DNA of 63,940 nucleotides, filler included, from Lenisia limosa (lineage: Eukaryota; Protista; Breviatea): assembly GCA_001655205.1 (NCBI GenBank). It is 16 parts of 16 records of this genome, joined end to end, with 100 filler letters (N's around TTAATTAATTAA, not from the genome) between each part and the next. Parts side by side here need not be neighbours in the genome. Positions count along the whole stretch, not along the records: positions 1 to 8,908 come from LPNZ01003972.1; positions 9,009 to 10,891 come from LPNZ01001993.1; positions 10,992 to 15,131 come from LPNZ01006863.1; 13 more parts are not named here. One strand, given 5' to 3'. Shown here one piece after another: positions 1-12,374 of this stretch. The notes under the pieces are model-generated. The model ran no database searches. It was not told where the DNA came from and saw nothing but the letters and a program-made list of their open reading frames with translations. Numbering within the stretch: position 1 is the stretch's first letter; each line of letters begins with the position of its first letter. The position numbers were made by a program, and so were the translations under genes.

Positions 1-59
1 AATGAGAAATAAAGAAACAAGGCTGTATCTGACGGAGCCACCCGGAATTATATGGGCAG

Positions 60-1544
60 AGTCTAGTTAGCAAGATAATAGTCCCGCGTACAAAAGACGG
101 CGACAGCGCAAACAGGTACGTGGTGGGCGGGAGAGCCGTGAACGCAGCTACAGGTGTCAGGTTAAATGGGTGGGAAAATTGATAGATGAAGGTTTTTGTG
201 TGCTTTGAACTGCAACCCATTCCACCAAAACCATAACAGTCTCCACACCAGAATCGATAACATAAATGAAGCCCACCCACCATAAACAATAACATGGATG
301 AAGAGCAGGAGGGGCCCAGACTCTCCGTTGGCGTTTTGCGTTACCCCGGCTGCCATTCTAACGACACACGCAAAAGCCGAAAACGCAATAACCAGCTGAA
401 GAATCAAAATTGAGCAATAACCAGAAAAATAAAAATATTTACACACGAAAGGGGGAATAAGAGAAAGCAATGACAGGTGAGACAATAGATTTCACAATAA
501 ACCTCACCCCCCCCCCCTACGGTGAAGGCGGTTTCGACCCACCAGCGCTGCCTCACAAGCTCAAGGGTCTCCAAAAGCTCAAATCGAGCGTCAAGGCCTC
601 TTGCTGCGGGGGAGGGGGGGGGGGAGGTAAACCGAAGGAAANNNNNNNNNNNNNNNNNNNNNNNNNNNNNNNNNNNNNNNNNNNNNNNNNNNNNNNNNNN
701 NNNNNNNNNNTATCACATAAACGTTGTGGTCGTGGGTAAGGAATTTGCGGAGGCGGTGAGGAAACACTATATAACGAGAAATCACCCCCACCCCCACATC
801 TAACAAGACTCGAAGTTGACGATGCATGCAGCCACAGCATTGACGTTAGCGGAATAAAGGGGAAGAGTGCAATGCAGAGAAGGAGACAGACGGGGAAGAG
901 AAGAAAGAAGAAGTCAATCACTCCAAGTGGTTCGTCCCAAATCACAGCAGTTACGAATTCGGCTAGAGCAAACACTACTAGTCCGATGACGCCGGGTGAA
1001 CTGTCCATCAAGGTTCCAGCCATAATGCCTACTCTCGTTTCTATACGAGTAAAACAAAGGAAAATTTGTTCAAAAGGGCGAATATAGAGATCAACAATTA
1101 GGGCTTTTCTACATCATATCGATAGTATCGAAGATCTATTGAGAAATCCATCCTCCCCCCCCCCCCCNNNNNNNNNNNNNNNNNNNNNNNNNNNNNNNNN
1201 NNNNNNNNNNNNNNNNNNNNNNNNNNNNNNNNNNNNNNNNNNNNNNNNNNNNNNNNNNNNNNNNNNNNNNNNNNNNNNNNNNNNNNNNNNNNNNNNNNNN
1301 NNNNNNNNNNNNNNNNNNNNNNNNNNNNNNNNNNNNNNNNNNNNNNNNNNNNNNNNNNNNNNNNNNNNNNNNNNNNNNNNNNNNNNNNNNNNNNNNNNNN
1401 NNNNNNNNNNNNNNNNNNNNNNNNNNNNNNNNNNNNNNNNNNNNNNNNNNNNNNNNNNCCGCCGCGACTTTTGGCAGGCTTGAGGAGGCTAGTTGACTCG
1501 GAGTCTTCAGCCGCGTCCTGTTGGGTGAGGTTGAGGTACTGCAT
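60..1544 (-). CDS. Multi-exon, multi-pass membrane protein of unknown family; 3' end uncertain
   Basis: ATG at 1544 (MQYLNLTQQD...). GT-AG splicing joins the hydrophobic exons ~1040-798 (VIGLVVFALAEFVTAVIW...LLFPVCLLLCIALFPF), ~602-521 (LDARFELLETLELVRQRWWVETAF) and ~396-235 (LVIAFSAFACVV...LLLFIHVIVYGGWASFMLSILVW) in frame. Confidence 0.6.
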
Positions 1545-1703
1545 TTATTGATAGCTTATACCAACACATAATACAATATTATATCATATTTTTTTTACAT
1601 GATTCCATCTTCATGTTTGCGGCCATACTATCCCCCCCTCGTCCATGCTTACAGCGAAAATCAACCTCCCCTAAATAATGTCATAACAATCACCGCCTGA
1701 ACA

Positions 1704-4700
1704 CTACTTTATCATAATAATACCCCTGCATGCCCACCCTGATAATGTCGTGCACGGATGGCCGCCTTGACGCAGTGACCGGAGGAGGCGTGGAGGACCT
1801 CTCAGAATGCGACTCGTCTCCTGAGCGCTGCGACACTGGAGAGGAGTGGGGGGGCGGGGAGTAAAATTGGGAAATTTATGAAACAAAAAACCCAAATCAA
1901 CTCTGTTGGCTGACAAAGAGTGGGGGAGTAAAATTGGATAAGGGTGTGTGACAGGTGAAGTATGGGACACTATACAGTGAGGGGTTCAAATGAACAGTGT
2001 TTCACGATGAAAATCGAGACATGACACCTCGAAGATACATTATTTGGCAAAAACATTGCGAAAAGAAAAGAACAATAGGAGATTGTAGGATGGTCAATAT
2101 GGACATGACTTTAATTATGATATCAGATTCACCACATTGACTGTGGTGCTGTCATGTATGAACGATTGTTCTGATGCTAAGTACAAAACTCCCTTCCCTT
2201 TGAAGAGCATACAAGCCAGCTGGAGTGGAGGAGGTCTTCGGAATTGCTAAAAACGTTATTTTTAACAGGAAAGCTCTTGTATCACTTAGTATATCATATA
2301 ATAGTATATGATATACTATGATATATGATATGATGATGCAGCAGTAAAACGAGGAGATCATGGAGGAAGGATGTTGCAAGATACAGCAGAAATTTATCGG
2401 TCCCCCCCCCCCCCCNNNNNNNNNNNNNNNNNNNNNNNNNNNNNNNNNNNNNNNNNNNNNNNNNNNNNNNNNNNNNNNNNNNNNNNNGCGATTGTATCAA
2501 TTACAAGACCCATGCTCACCGTAACGATGGACGGTATGTCCCCTTGTGATGCTGCTAAACGGCGTGAGAAGAAACACAATAATGAGCCGAAAAAAGGGGG
2601 AAGGGTCAGAGAATATAGTATTAAAGATCTGAACTTTTGGTTAGAAAAACACACACCGGGGAAATAGACCAATTAATATGTATTGGGTATTACCTCTTCC
2701 ATGAAATTTAAGGCTTCAATTCGGTCTGAAAAAGACCAGTAAAATATCGATAATTTTCGGAGATATTAAGAAATCCAGTCTTTTTTTTTTAAAACCGAAG
2801 TGAAGCTCTCCATGCCACCTACAAGTAGCTTGAACATCTTCCTTCGGTACGTCTCCAAGCTCATTAGCCGAACTGTACTTGGCGGGTTGGACTAGAATGC
2901 CAAACGATCCGACTTCAATGTCTTCATCTTGGTCATACATGGGTGCTTGAGGAACCTGAGGTGAGGGGGTCACAATATGCAACAAAAAATCCAAAATCAA
3001 ACATAAACATAAAGACCAAGTACAGCTTTCGATTACTGTTACACTTGTATCTTTCCTATATAGCATCCATCTTTTGTTACTAATATATGACATTTGAACT
3101 AGTTACATGTATTCTAGTTCTTATTCTTGCTGCTTTCTAGATATCAACAAACCTCCGGTTCAGCCTTTGCTAATTTGTTTCTTGGTGTTACATCGGGAGC
3201 GATTTCTATCATTTCTTGTTCAATCTCTTTTTTCTCTTCTACAATCTCAATCTTTTCCTTTCCCATTTCTTCTCTTTCTTCTTGCATCTCCTCTTCCTTT
3301 TCTTCTTCCTTCTCTTCTTCCTTCTCTTCTTCCTTCTCTTCCTTCTTCTCTTCCTTCTTCTCTTCCTTCTTCTCTTCCTTCTCTTCTTCCTTTTCTTCTT
3401 CCTTTTCTTCCTCCTTCTCTTTCTCTTCTTTCATTTTCTCCTCCAAGGGAGTCTCTTTCTACACTTATCAACAAAGAACAACTGAAAAAGAGACAATAAA
3501 GAAGAACCATCNNNNNNNNNNNNNNNNNNNNNNNNNNNNNNNNNNNNNNNNNNNNNNNNNNNNNNNNNNNAGAAACATTGGCAGGGGACATAATTAGGAC
3601 TCCAAACAATTTATTCTGTGATACTAATGGACAAACTTAGGATTTAAAAAGTCTCAAACTCAATTAAATGTTCCAAGCCCTAATAAAAACCATATTCAGC
3701 ATGCTTTAGAACAACCCATACCCACCTCCGGTAAGAGATAGGGTGCTTTCTCCAAGCTGCTCTCGCTTGTGATAGGAAGGGAAGCGATTGGCTTGAGCCC
3801 CTTTACAGGAGGCAAACGTCCGGGTGATCGTCGTCCCATCGAACTTGCGGGGCCTGATAATGGATGACATGGATGGGGACAAGAGATCGACAAAAAATGG
3901 TGATAAGATATGGGGAAAGAATGGGGATAAGGAGAGAACACAGTATTGATTAAAACTTCAAGGGGGGATAACATTTTTACATTTTTGGGTGAAGAAGACA
4001 GAGGTCACCAACCCACCAAGAGGAGACTGACGGGATAGACCTCCAAGAGGGGTGAGTTTGGGGAGAGGCTTCCTCAAGGGCTTCATTTCCACAGTCTCTG
4101 ACGCGTCACTTGTACCTTCACCAGGCTGTGCGTCTGCGGTTACCAAATTCAGTTCTTCCGTTTTAACTTCAACCTTGTCCTCAATAACTTCGTCTTGCTG
4201 CTGTAATACAGCAACTTTTTCTTCCACTTCCACTTCTTTCTCTTCCTTCAGCTTCTTGTCTTCCTCCTTCTTCTGAACCTTTTCTTCCTCCATCTTCTCA
4301 ACCTTTTCTTCCTCCATCTTCTCAACCTTTTTTTCCTCCATCTTCTCAACCTTTTCTTCCTCCATCTTCTCAAGCTTTTCTTCCACCATCTTCTCAACCT
4401 TTTCTTCCTCCATCTTCTCAACCTTTTCTTCCTCCATCTTCTCAACCTTTTCTTTCTCCTCCATGACTTCCTCCTTCTCCTCCTCTTTTCTGTCTTCGAT
4501 GTGCGCCAACACACGACCTTCCTCAGCCTCCCGATCCATATCATCCCAGGCCTTCTGCTCAGCCCCGGGACTCGAGTGACCAACTTCGGATTCATCTTCG
4601 CTACCCGACTCTCCACCGGAAAGCGCTTCTGTAACCACAGCCGCCACAGCCACGGTAGCAACCACTCCAGCGGCTACCACACCCGCGACTGCCACGTCAT

Positions 4701-7700
4701 CACCAGGTGTAATAGGCGACTCTGGGAGAGGCGTTGTCTCAGGGCAGGGCTTTGGTTCTGGTTCACGATCTGATTCCTCGGATTCTGACTCGGATTCACT
4801 CAAGACGACCGGTTCCACTTTCTCATGAACAACGGAGCGTAGCGCTGAGAGAATGGGGGACCCTTGGTTAGGCAATACACTTCGCCCATCGTCATCCGAC
4901 ACGTAGGACTTCTGCATAAGCAGGGGATTACTAAGCATGCCGGCAGGCTGTGCAAAACTATACTCATCGTCGGATTCATGGCTCGGGCTTTCATCCACCG
5001 GAGACTCCTGGTCAGTGTCTCCGTCAATAGCAGCTGCAAGTCTGTTGTCCTCTTCGACTATGAGCGGTTCCTCCTGGAATGGCATTTGTTCAATTTGTTC
5101 GTCTTGAGTATCACTATCAGGAGACGTTTTAAACTCGTCTTCCGAGTCTTCTTTAACACCTTCTACAAACGCAAATGCATGTTCTTCTTTCACTTCCTCG
5201 CTCACTTCTTCCATCTCTTCCTTCTCCTCTTCTTTCATTTCTTTCTCTTCTTCTTTCCGTTCCTTACCCAACTTAACTACAATATCTTCATTTGTTTCAC
5301 TTTCTTCTTCTTTCTCTTCTTTGTCTTCTTTTTTCTTTTCTTCTCTCTCTTCTTCTTTCTCTTCTACTCGTACTTCAACCTTCTCTTCATTTGTCTCTTC
5401 TATTTCTTTTTTCTGTATATTTTCGTCTTGGGCAACAAAAGCCGTCACTCTGTCCCTTTCCAGTGCCTCATCTTCAACATGCTGTGAACGGGATGATACT
5501 TCATCAATCTCTGGGGACTCCGAAGGACTTGGTGACAAGAGCTGATCTGGCGAAAAGACGTGATACTGTTGCATTTCTGGAACCGAGTCAGTGTGTTCCT
5601 TGATCGCTTCGTGTTGAATGAATGGCTCGCTAGCCTGACTCTCCAAATCTTTTGATGATCGAGGCGGTCTCCTCAATTCAGGCGAAAGCTGTAGCTGATC
5701 CATCCCATCATCACTCTCGCTGTAGGCTAAACTGCCATAGACCTTTGAAGTTATCAAGCCAAAATCATCAAGGTTCTCATGGATAGTATCCGCAATGAGT
5801 GCGATTTGGGTGGAGGACATCCGGAATTCTGCTTGAGAGTTTTTTCTCCCAAGCGTGACAGCGGCAGATGCAACGGACACCCTTTGGGGTAGTTGTTGCG
5901 ATGCTGTGAGTTCACTCACCAGGGACTGGCGGGATATCGCAGCAGCCAGGGTTGGTCGATCGGAGAGAAGACTTGGTACATCTGAGAGGGTCAGGTCCGG
6001 GTTAGCCGCAAGGAGTTTATCAAGGGCAACAGCTGTTGATGCGACTGTTCTCGTCATGAGGGAATCTGCCGACATGTCAGCCTCCGCGTTTTCAAAGAGG
6101 GCTCGAAAAGTAAGACCGGCGTCGTCCTGGTGCAGTGCCCGCGCCGTGGGGAGAGCCAACGAAGGAACAGCGTATATTCCCGGCGGTGGCGCGCTGTCGT
6201 CAAAAAGAGCCTGTAGTTCGAAGATTTCTTCCTCTTCATCAAAGAACGTTGGAAGGTCCAGGGTTGAGGCAACGAGGCTTGCAGCGAATGGATCGTTAAG
6301 ATCAACCTTGTCAAACAACTGGCTCAACCCGAGGGAGTCGGCTTCGTCCACAAGAGCCTGGAGAGCGATGGCGGCACTGGCCTGTTGATCCATGACGGAA
6401 GCAGCGGCTAGAGCATCGGAAGCAGTCATGCCGCCAGCTTCGTTGAGGATCAGGCTGAGGTCTGGGGGGCTTGGTCGCTTGCGCGGGGTGACTGGGTGGC
6501 TCATTCCCTCCCATTCCGAACCCGAGGACTGGCCCGGTTCAGACTGCTCCACTGATGCTGGAATGCTCCGAGCCGAGACTGGCGGGGTGATACTCCTGTC
6601 AGAATCATCAAGATCAGAACCGGGCTTCTCAGCTTGAACCTCTTCTGACTGGGATACTGGAGAAGCGGGCGGAGAAAAAGAATCCGAATCATCGGCTTCG
6701 AGTGGCTCTGTAGTAATCTCAACCGGCGGAATGAATCGAACACTGAAGTGTGAAGGTAAGAAATAATGTTAAATGAGACCACAAATCTGTTACACAGATC
6801 ATGATTAATCGTACCTTGCGGGAGGGGAAATACTACGTAATGACGTTGCCGCGGCGAGGGTAGTTGTATCTAAAATGGGGACAAACACTGCGGGCTCCGG
6901 GGTAGCATCCCTGGAAGATGTTGGCGAAGATAAGGCAACACTTTCTTCAGAATCAACTCGTTGAAATGATGAACGCGGAGAGCTGGGCTCCTTGGGGGAG
7001 CCGGGGGCAGAAGAGGCGGGTGAAATTTGTCCAAATTGCGATGAGCCTTCTGACCATGCTCGAGATCTAAAGGGTGACCGACAGATTAAATGAGCCTTCT
7101 GACCATGCTTGAGATACGGAATAAAAGGCAAATGTTAACAAGGGAATAAGACAATAACAAGATCACTTCAATGAACAGTGGGGATCGGAAAGTTTGGATT
7201 TTGTGAACGGATTTTTTAGACTTCATATCACCGTCATTGAAAGGGAACATAAGCAACATTCATTATGCAGCTGAACCAAATTTGGCAATCAACAGAAAAG
7301 GGGTACCCCTGTCAAACCTTGTGGAGGCAGGAGATGCGCCAAGGGGGTAGCGAGGGGATCGCGGGGATCTATTTCAGTGAAATATGCTTTTGCATTGGAT
7401 TTATTCGATCAAAAGAAGATTTTCGTCATATTATTCTGTGAAGATATTAATGAAGGGATAATATTAGTGGTTATTTCAATCCACAAAAGACAAGCATAAT
7501 CATTATGTCTAGATTTTTGACTTCCTTCTGGCCAAGAGAAATCCAAGATATTTCCCACAAACTTCGGTGGTGATGGCAAAGGTGAAGGTGATCTTGAGAC
7601 AGATCTATAAGATCTAGATGATGCAGATCGAGAAGAACGCTCAGAAGTGGCAGGTGATCTTTGATCTGAGTTTGACGAGTCTGCACTGCTCAGCGATATT

Positions 7701-8309
7701 GGGGAATATCGTTTCGGATATGGCTCGGCCGGCGGACTGGATGGCCTTGGGGAGAGCTTGGATTCCGGGGTTTCTTCTGCATTTGCGTCATCATTTTCAA
7801 ACGCCTGGACCGGCACAGGGGGTTTTGTGGGTTCGGTATCGGAACAGAATGAATCAGCTTCCGACAAGTTATCGGTGACATCTTTTTCCTCCTCCTTGTC
7901 CTGTTCTTTGATTGCTTCGGCCTTGATCCTTGTGTCATACTCAGCTGGTGTAATGCTTTCATACCTGAGGTGGTAAGGTGGGAAGGAAGTTGGGTTTCAT
8001 TTGCGACTCCTAAATTTACAACATTTTAATCGATGAAATTCACTCTTTTTTGTATCGAAAGTGGAGCTCTCCTCAATATAAACACCGAATAACCCACAAA
8101 TATCCCAAAAAAAAATTTCGATATTTTTTGTCTTTTTTGGTGTGAAAATGAATTTGTATCAGGGTAAGGCTTTCATTACAAATAAAGAAATTTTGATAAT
8201 TTCAATAATAACTATCGATCAACGTCTCTTCGAACCAAATATGAAACTCTATACCACGTAAAAAGTCAGTCAACCCTAATGGTATTTTATGAAACCGAAG
8301 AGATGACAT
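1704..8309 (-). CDS. Very large low-complexity Glu/Ser/Pro-rich protein, multi-exon, probably largely disordered
   Basis: An 864-codon ORF (3958-6552) extends upstream to an acceptor near 6747. Further exons of the same composition lie at ~7967-7530, ~7066-6815, ~3900-3700, ~3446-3110, ~2960-2820 and ~1835-1750. The putative first exon is MSSLRFHKIPL at 8309. Terminal exons are inferred. Confidence 0.65.
4260..4455 (-). repeat. 24-nt coding tandem repeat (KVEKMEEE)n
   Basis: About 8 near-identical copies of cttttcttcctccatcttctcaac on the + strand. Confidence 0.9.
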
Positions 8310-8437
8310 AACAGTCCAAGACGAGTGTAACTATTCGACATTCAATCAAACCCTCAAACGATAGATCCAGGTCTTTCAACGGAAGGGCTTTGATTCCCTC
8401 AGGACGCTGGTGGAAGGATCTTTGGGCTGTTGGTGAC

Positions 8438-10493
8438 GATGCAGCTTTCAGCCTTTGTGTGGACCACGCACGAGAAACCTGGTAAAAATTAACCATATTT
8501 GGGGACTATTTCGCAAAAAGAAACCTTATTGGGCGTATTTGGTACAATTTCACCCCCCCCTCCCCAACCTTCCTCGGCTGATCCTTCTCCTTCTCCTTCT
8601 CCCGCCGGGCCGGGCCAGCTGTCATCGGCCTCGGTCTCTGCTTATCAGCCCGTCGGATCTCGGCCGTCGTGGACTTTGCAAGAGGTCGCGGTCGAGTCTG
8701 CTGGACAATATGCGCGATCTTGGCGGCCATGGCTGGGTTTTTGGCCATTAGCGTCCGGGAGGCCACTGACGGACCCACCTGTAGCGGTTACATTTGGAGC
8801 ACCTTCCCTCCTCCACCAACACTGAAAAGCCTTCCATTAATACTAAACTAAATCCCCCTTTCTGATAAACATCTCTCCCCTCCAATAAATCCTATAAATC
8901 GGCTCATCNNNNNNNNNNNNNNNNNNNNNNNNNNNNNNNNNNNNNNNNNNNNTTAATTAATTAANNNNNNNNNNNNNNNNNNNNNNNNNNNNNNNNNNNN
9001 NNNNNNNNTTATCCTCCTTGAGCCGCAGGATCTTGATATTTTCAGTCCTTCACAGAGCATAACCTGATTTTACCCCCAATTTGAATTGTGTTCTCAACCT
9101 TCGTGTGTTCAGTCAACAGAGATAAATTTACCAATTTTACTCCCCCCCCCCCAGGGCCTGGCTTACCTGCCGGTTTGGCGTGCGGCTGGAATCCTGCTGC
9201 TTGTTCATTTCTGGCATGTCTGGGGGGGGGGGGTAAATGGTTTAAAGAGTTTTATAACAATCATAATAATTAGCAATTAACCATGGTTTAGGAGGTTATA
9301 GGTCGTGATAATTAGCGGTTTTATTGATCATATAAGCATTTTTATCCGAAGACCCGTAACCACTTTGTTCTGATATACCTGATGGTTTCTCCAGGTATTC
9401 ACGTCATCCCACCGCCCCTATCGAATGCGCTGGGATAACCGTTTAGAGAGCCTTTCCAGCCATGTTTGATGGGATTAAGTACATATTATTACGCATAAAT
9501 TTGACCTCTACCAGAAATATGTCAACTCATATAGTATATCAAACGATCTTATGACCGACTTTCTATTCGAAATGATGAACGAAGATAACACGAGGGTTCA
9601 TCCCAAGGGTATCAGTATTATTGAGACGTGTCGGTCATTTATCAGACATGTGGATATGAGGTATCATATTACTGCGTGGAAATGATAGTTCACACATGTG
9701 AAAATGACCTGACCGAAAGACCAGTTTAAAGCAGGTTACAGTGCCATTGAAGAACAAAAAGAATCATAGCCGACCGTGACTTGTGTGATTAGATGATTTA
9801 GGATTTAATTCAAGTAAAAATTCACCCGTAAATTTGTGTTCGGATATCCGTGATAATTTTTCCAAACAATAACTTGCTTTGACCACTCTAGGTTCTGTTG
9901 CTTTCTTTTGCCCTGGAACTTGTCATCAAGGCAACTGAGAAAAATGAGGTGAGTGACTTTTTTGTTATGTATCTAGAGCTGTCTTTATGTAACAGTTTTA
10001 CTGCCGGAATATATTCTTGACTTCAAAAAAACTCATGTTGCCTAACTTCAACATCAACATGAGCCACTACTAGGGCTCCACTTCAGTTCGAAATATTCTG
10101 GTTAAATATCGATAGTTTCCGAGAATTTATCGAGAATTCAGTCTTTTTTCGAACCGAAGTGAAGCCCTTACCACTACCCAACACCTATCTATTCTACAAT
10201 ATTCTACCCCCCCCCCTTCCNNNNNNNNNNNNNNNNNNNNNNNNNNNNNNNNNNNNNNNNNNNNNNNNNNNNNNNNNNNNNNNNNNNNNNNNNNNNNNNN
10301 NNGTTAATTTGGGCTGTTTTGTCTTAAATTTTCCAATTTCACCCCACAACAGTCGACAGTATCTTGGATAGCCGCGGGTATGAACGGAGTTGTTGTGACC
10401 TTCTTCATCGGAGTTTTCATCAGGCACACGCTCAAGGAGAGAGGTGCTGCCACAAACAAAACCATTCCACAGAAGTCTGAAAGGTACTCTTAA
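8438..10493 (+). CDS. Multi-pass membrane protein; the model crosses a contig linker
   Basis: Exons: MQLSAFVWTTHEKP | AVIGLGLCLS...VCWTICAILAAMAGFLAIS (to ~8786); after the linker, GLAYLPVWRAAGILLLVHFWH (9155-9217) | VLLLSFALELVIKATEKNE | STVSWIAAGMNGVVVTFFIGVFIRH...SERYS* (TAA 10491-10493). The post-linker exons splice in phase. Joining across the linker is inferred. Confidence 0.55.
10071..10169. mobile_element. Family A hAT-type MITE, subfamily A1, intronic
   Basis: TAGGGCTCCACTTCAG...CGAACCGAAGTGAAGCCCT, TSD GCCACTAC/ACCACTAC (7/8). Confidence 0.85.
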
Positions 10494-10991
10494 GCGACCC
10501 ATTAATTGACAAATTAATTACAGCATTTAGAGACATATACGATACGTATATCATATTGTTATCAAACTGTCAACTATTTTCTTCAAAAAATGACTTGCAC
10601 TGAGTCATCCCCCTTCCTTCTCATGTCTTTGTGACTTGCACGGAGTCATCCCCCTTCCTTCTCATGTCTTTGTGACTTTGCTTCTCGATAGTTTTCCTCG
10701 TGTTAATTTGTAGCATTACCTGACAACACACACACATAAAACACTATCATCATAGAGCACAACTTCCTCCGTAGTACATCTCGCTCTTGTTTCCAAGCAT
10801 CTTTTGTTTAAAACTGATTTTTTTGTTTTGTTTCATAAATTACACAATTTATCTATCCCAATTACGCATTCTTTCCTTTCACCCCCCCCTCNNNNNNNNN
10901 NNNNNNNNNNNNNNNNNNNNNNNNNNNNNNNNNNNTTAATTAATTAANNNNNNNNNNNNNNNNNNNNNNNNNNNNNNNNNNNNNNNNNNNN

Positions 10992-11810
10992 GCTGGATAT
11001 TGTCAAATACCATCCTAATGTGGGGGTTATGCCTTAAAGCAGGTCCAAACAAGATTCAAAAGCTGAACCCCAAATCAATGGGAAAATCCGTACACTACGG
11101 GGTTTAATTCTGGTTTAGTGGCATGCTTTAAATAGTTGAAATGATTGTTTTGGAAATTAGTCAGTTTTTGTTAACACATTTTTTGAGCTTCACTTTCGGT
11201 TCCAAAAAAACTGATAAACTATAGAGAATTCTGTCTTTTATGGAACGAAAGTGAATTCCCTACTTACTATATATACATGTAGCATGTATATTGAGCTAAA
11301 AATCGAACCTGTTCGTACTTGATTGTTTTTAGGGAGAGTTGCATTGTTGTGTGACTATCATTTTCCACACAGTGATATGATACCTCATATCCACTTGTGA
11401 TAGTTGACGGACAAGTCTCAATGATACTCTGATATACTAGGGATGAAGACTGGATTATTCTTTTTTATTTATCACTTGTGAAAATGGGTTAACATTTCGA
11501 AATTGACAGTATAGGGAGAGTTCGTGGCTAAGGGTGAGGGTCGCACAGAATTTACTGAAGTTGACCTTACCGACGACTTCTGTGACTACGATGAAGTAGG
11601 GATGGATGTGACTACGATGAAGGCTACTAGCTTTAGCTTTGGTTACTCGTGTTTGTGGTTGCTTGTTTTGACAATGATGAATAAAAAAAAGGGGGGGGAG
11701 GGTGAAAATTGAGAATTTATGAGAAGTCCAAAACCCCCTTTACGTTCTAGGAAAAAGCGACGGACGTTTCAATCATGGAACTTGAATTTGACTATGTCAA
11801 GACCAAATAA
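10992..11810 (+). CDS. CZIB: CXXC zinc-binding protein of the DUF866/UPF0587 (C1orf123) family, 5' partial
   Basis: Spliced translation LDIVKYHPN|GEFVAKGEGRTEFTEVDLTDDFCDYDE|EKATDVSIMELEFDYVKTK* matches the family C-terminus as I recall it (CRGLEPVDF...F..I.L...W.DYDEK....V.I). GT-AG introns, stop at 11808-11810. Confidence 0.75.
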
Positions 11811-12374
11811 GCCCGTTCATAGTGTTTCTGAGGCTTTAGATTCTTTTTTTGTTCTTCTTGATGTGAAAATACATATTACTTTCTTTTCTTTCTCAGCTAT
11901 TTGTGTCACAATCCCCCTCTTCCAGAGGTTTGTTTTTTGTTTTTGTTTCATAAATTTTCCAATTTTACNNNNNNNNNNNNNNNNNNNNNNNNNNNNNNNN
12001 NNNNNNNNNNNNNNNNNNNNNNNNNNNNNNNNNNNNNNNNNNNNNNNNNNNTAACTAGGACTGATTTTTGCTTGTACCTAGTTATACCACGAGCATTGAC
12101 TTGGGGGAGAACACCCCCACCCCCACCACTAAGCATCTACCTTATTGATAAAGCATCTATCGATTGATCACAACTAGGGCACTTCGATTCGAAAAAGACG
12201 TGTAAATTATCGAGTTTTGGAGGAGAGAAATTCAGTCTTTTCGAACAGAAGTGAAGCCTTAATCAGCACACACGGCTTTCTCTGCTCGCATCACATCTAC
12301 GAATAAGATACCCAATAACAATACAAATCTTACATTCAACATACACATTTCATATTCCTTCCTTCCAGCCTTCA

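Noticed and set aside
10588-10678. Short local tandem duplications (also ~17900, 22800, 51190, 54115, 61297)
   Set aside because: These two-copy slippage duplications lie in non-coding DNA without an evident link to splice junctions.
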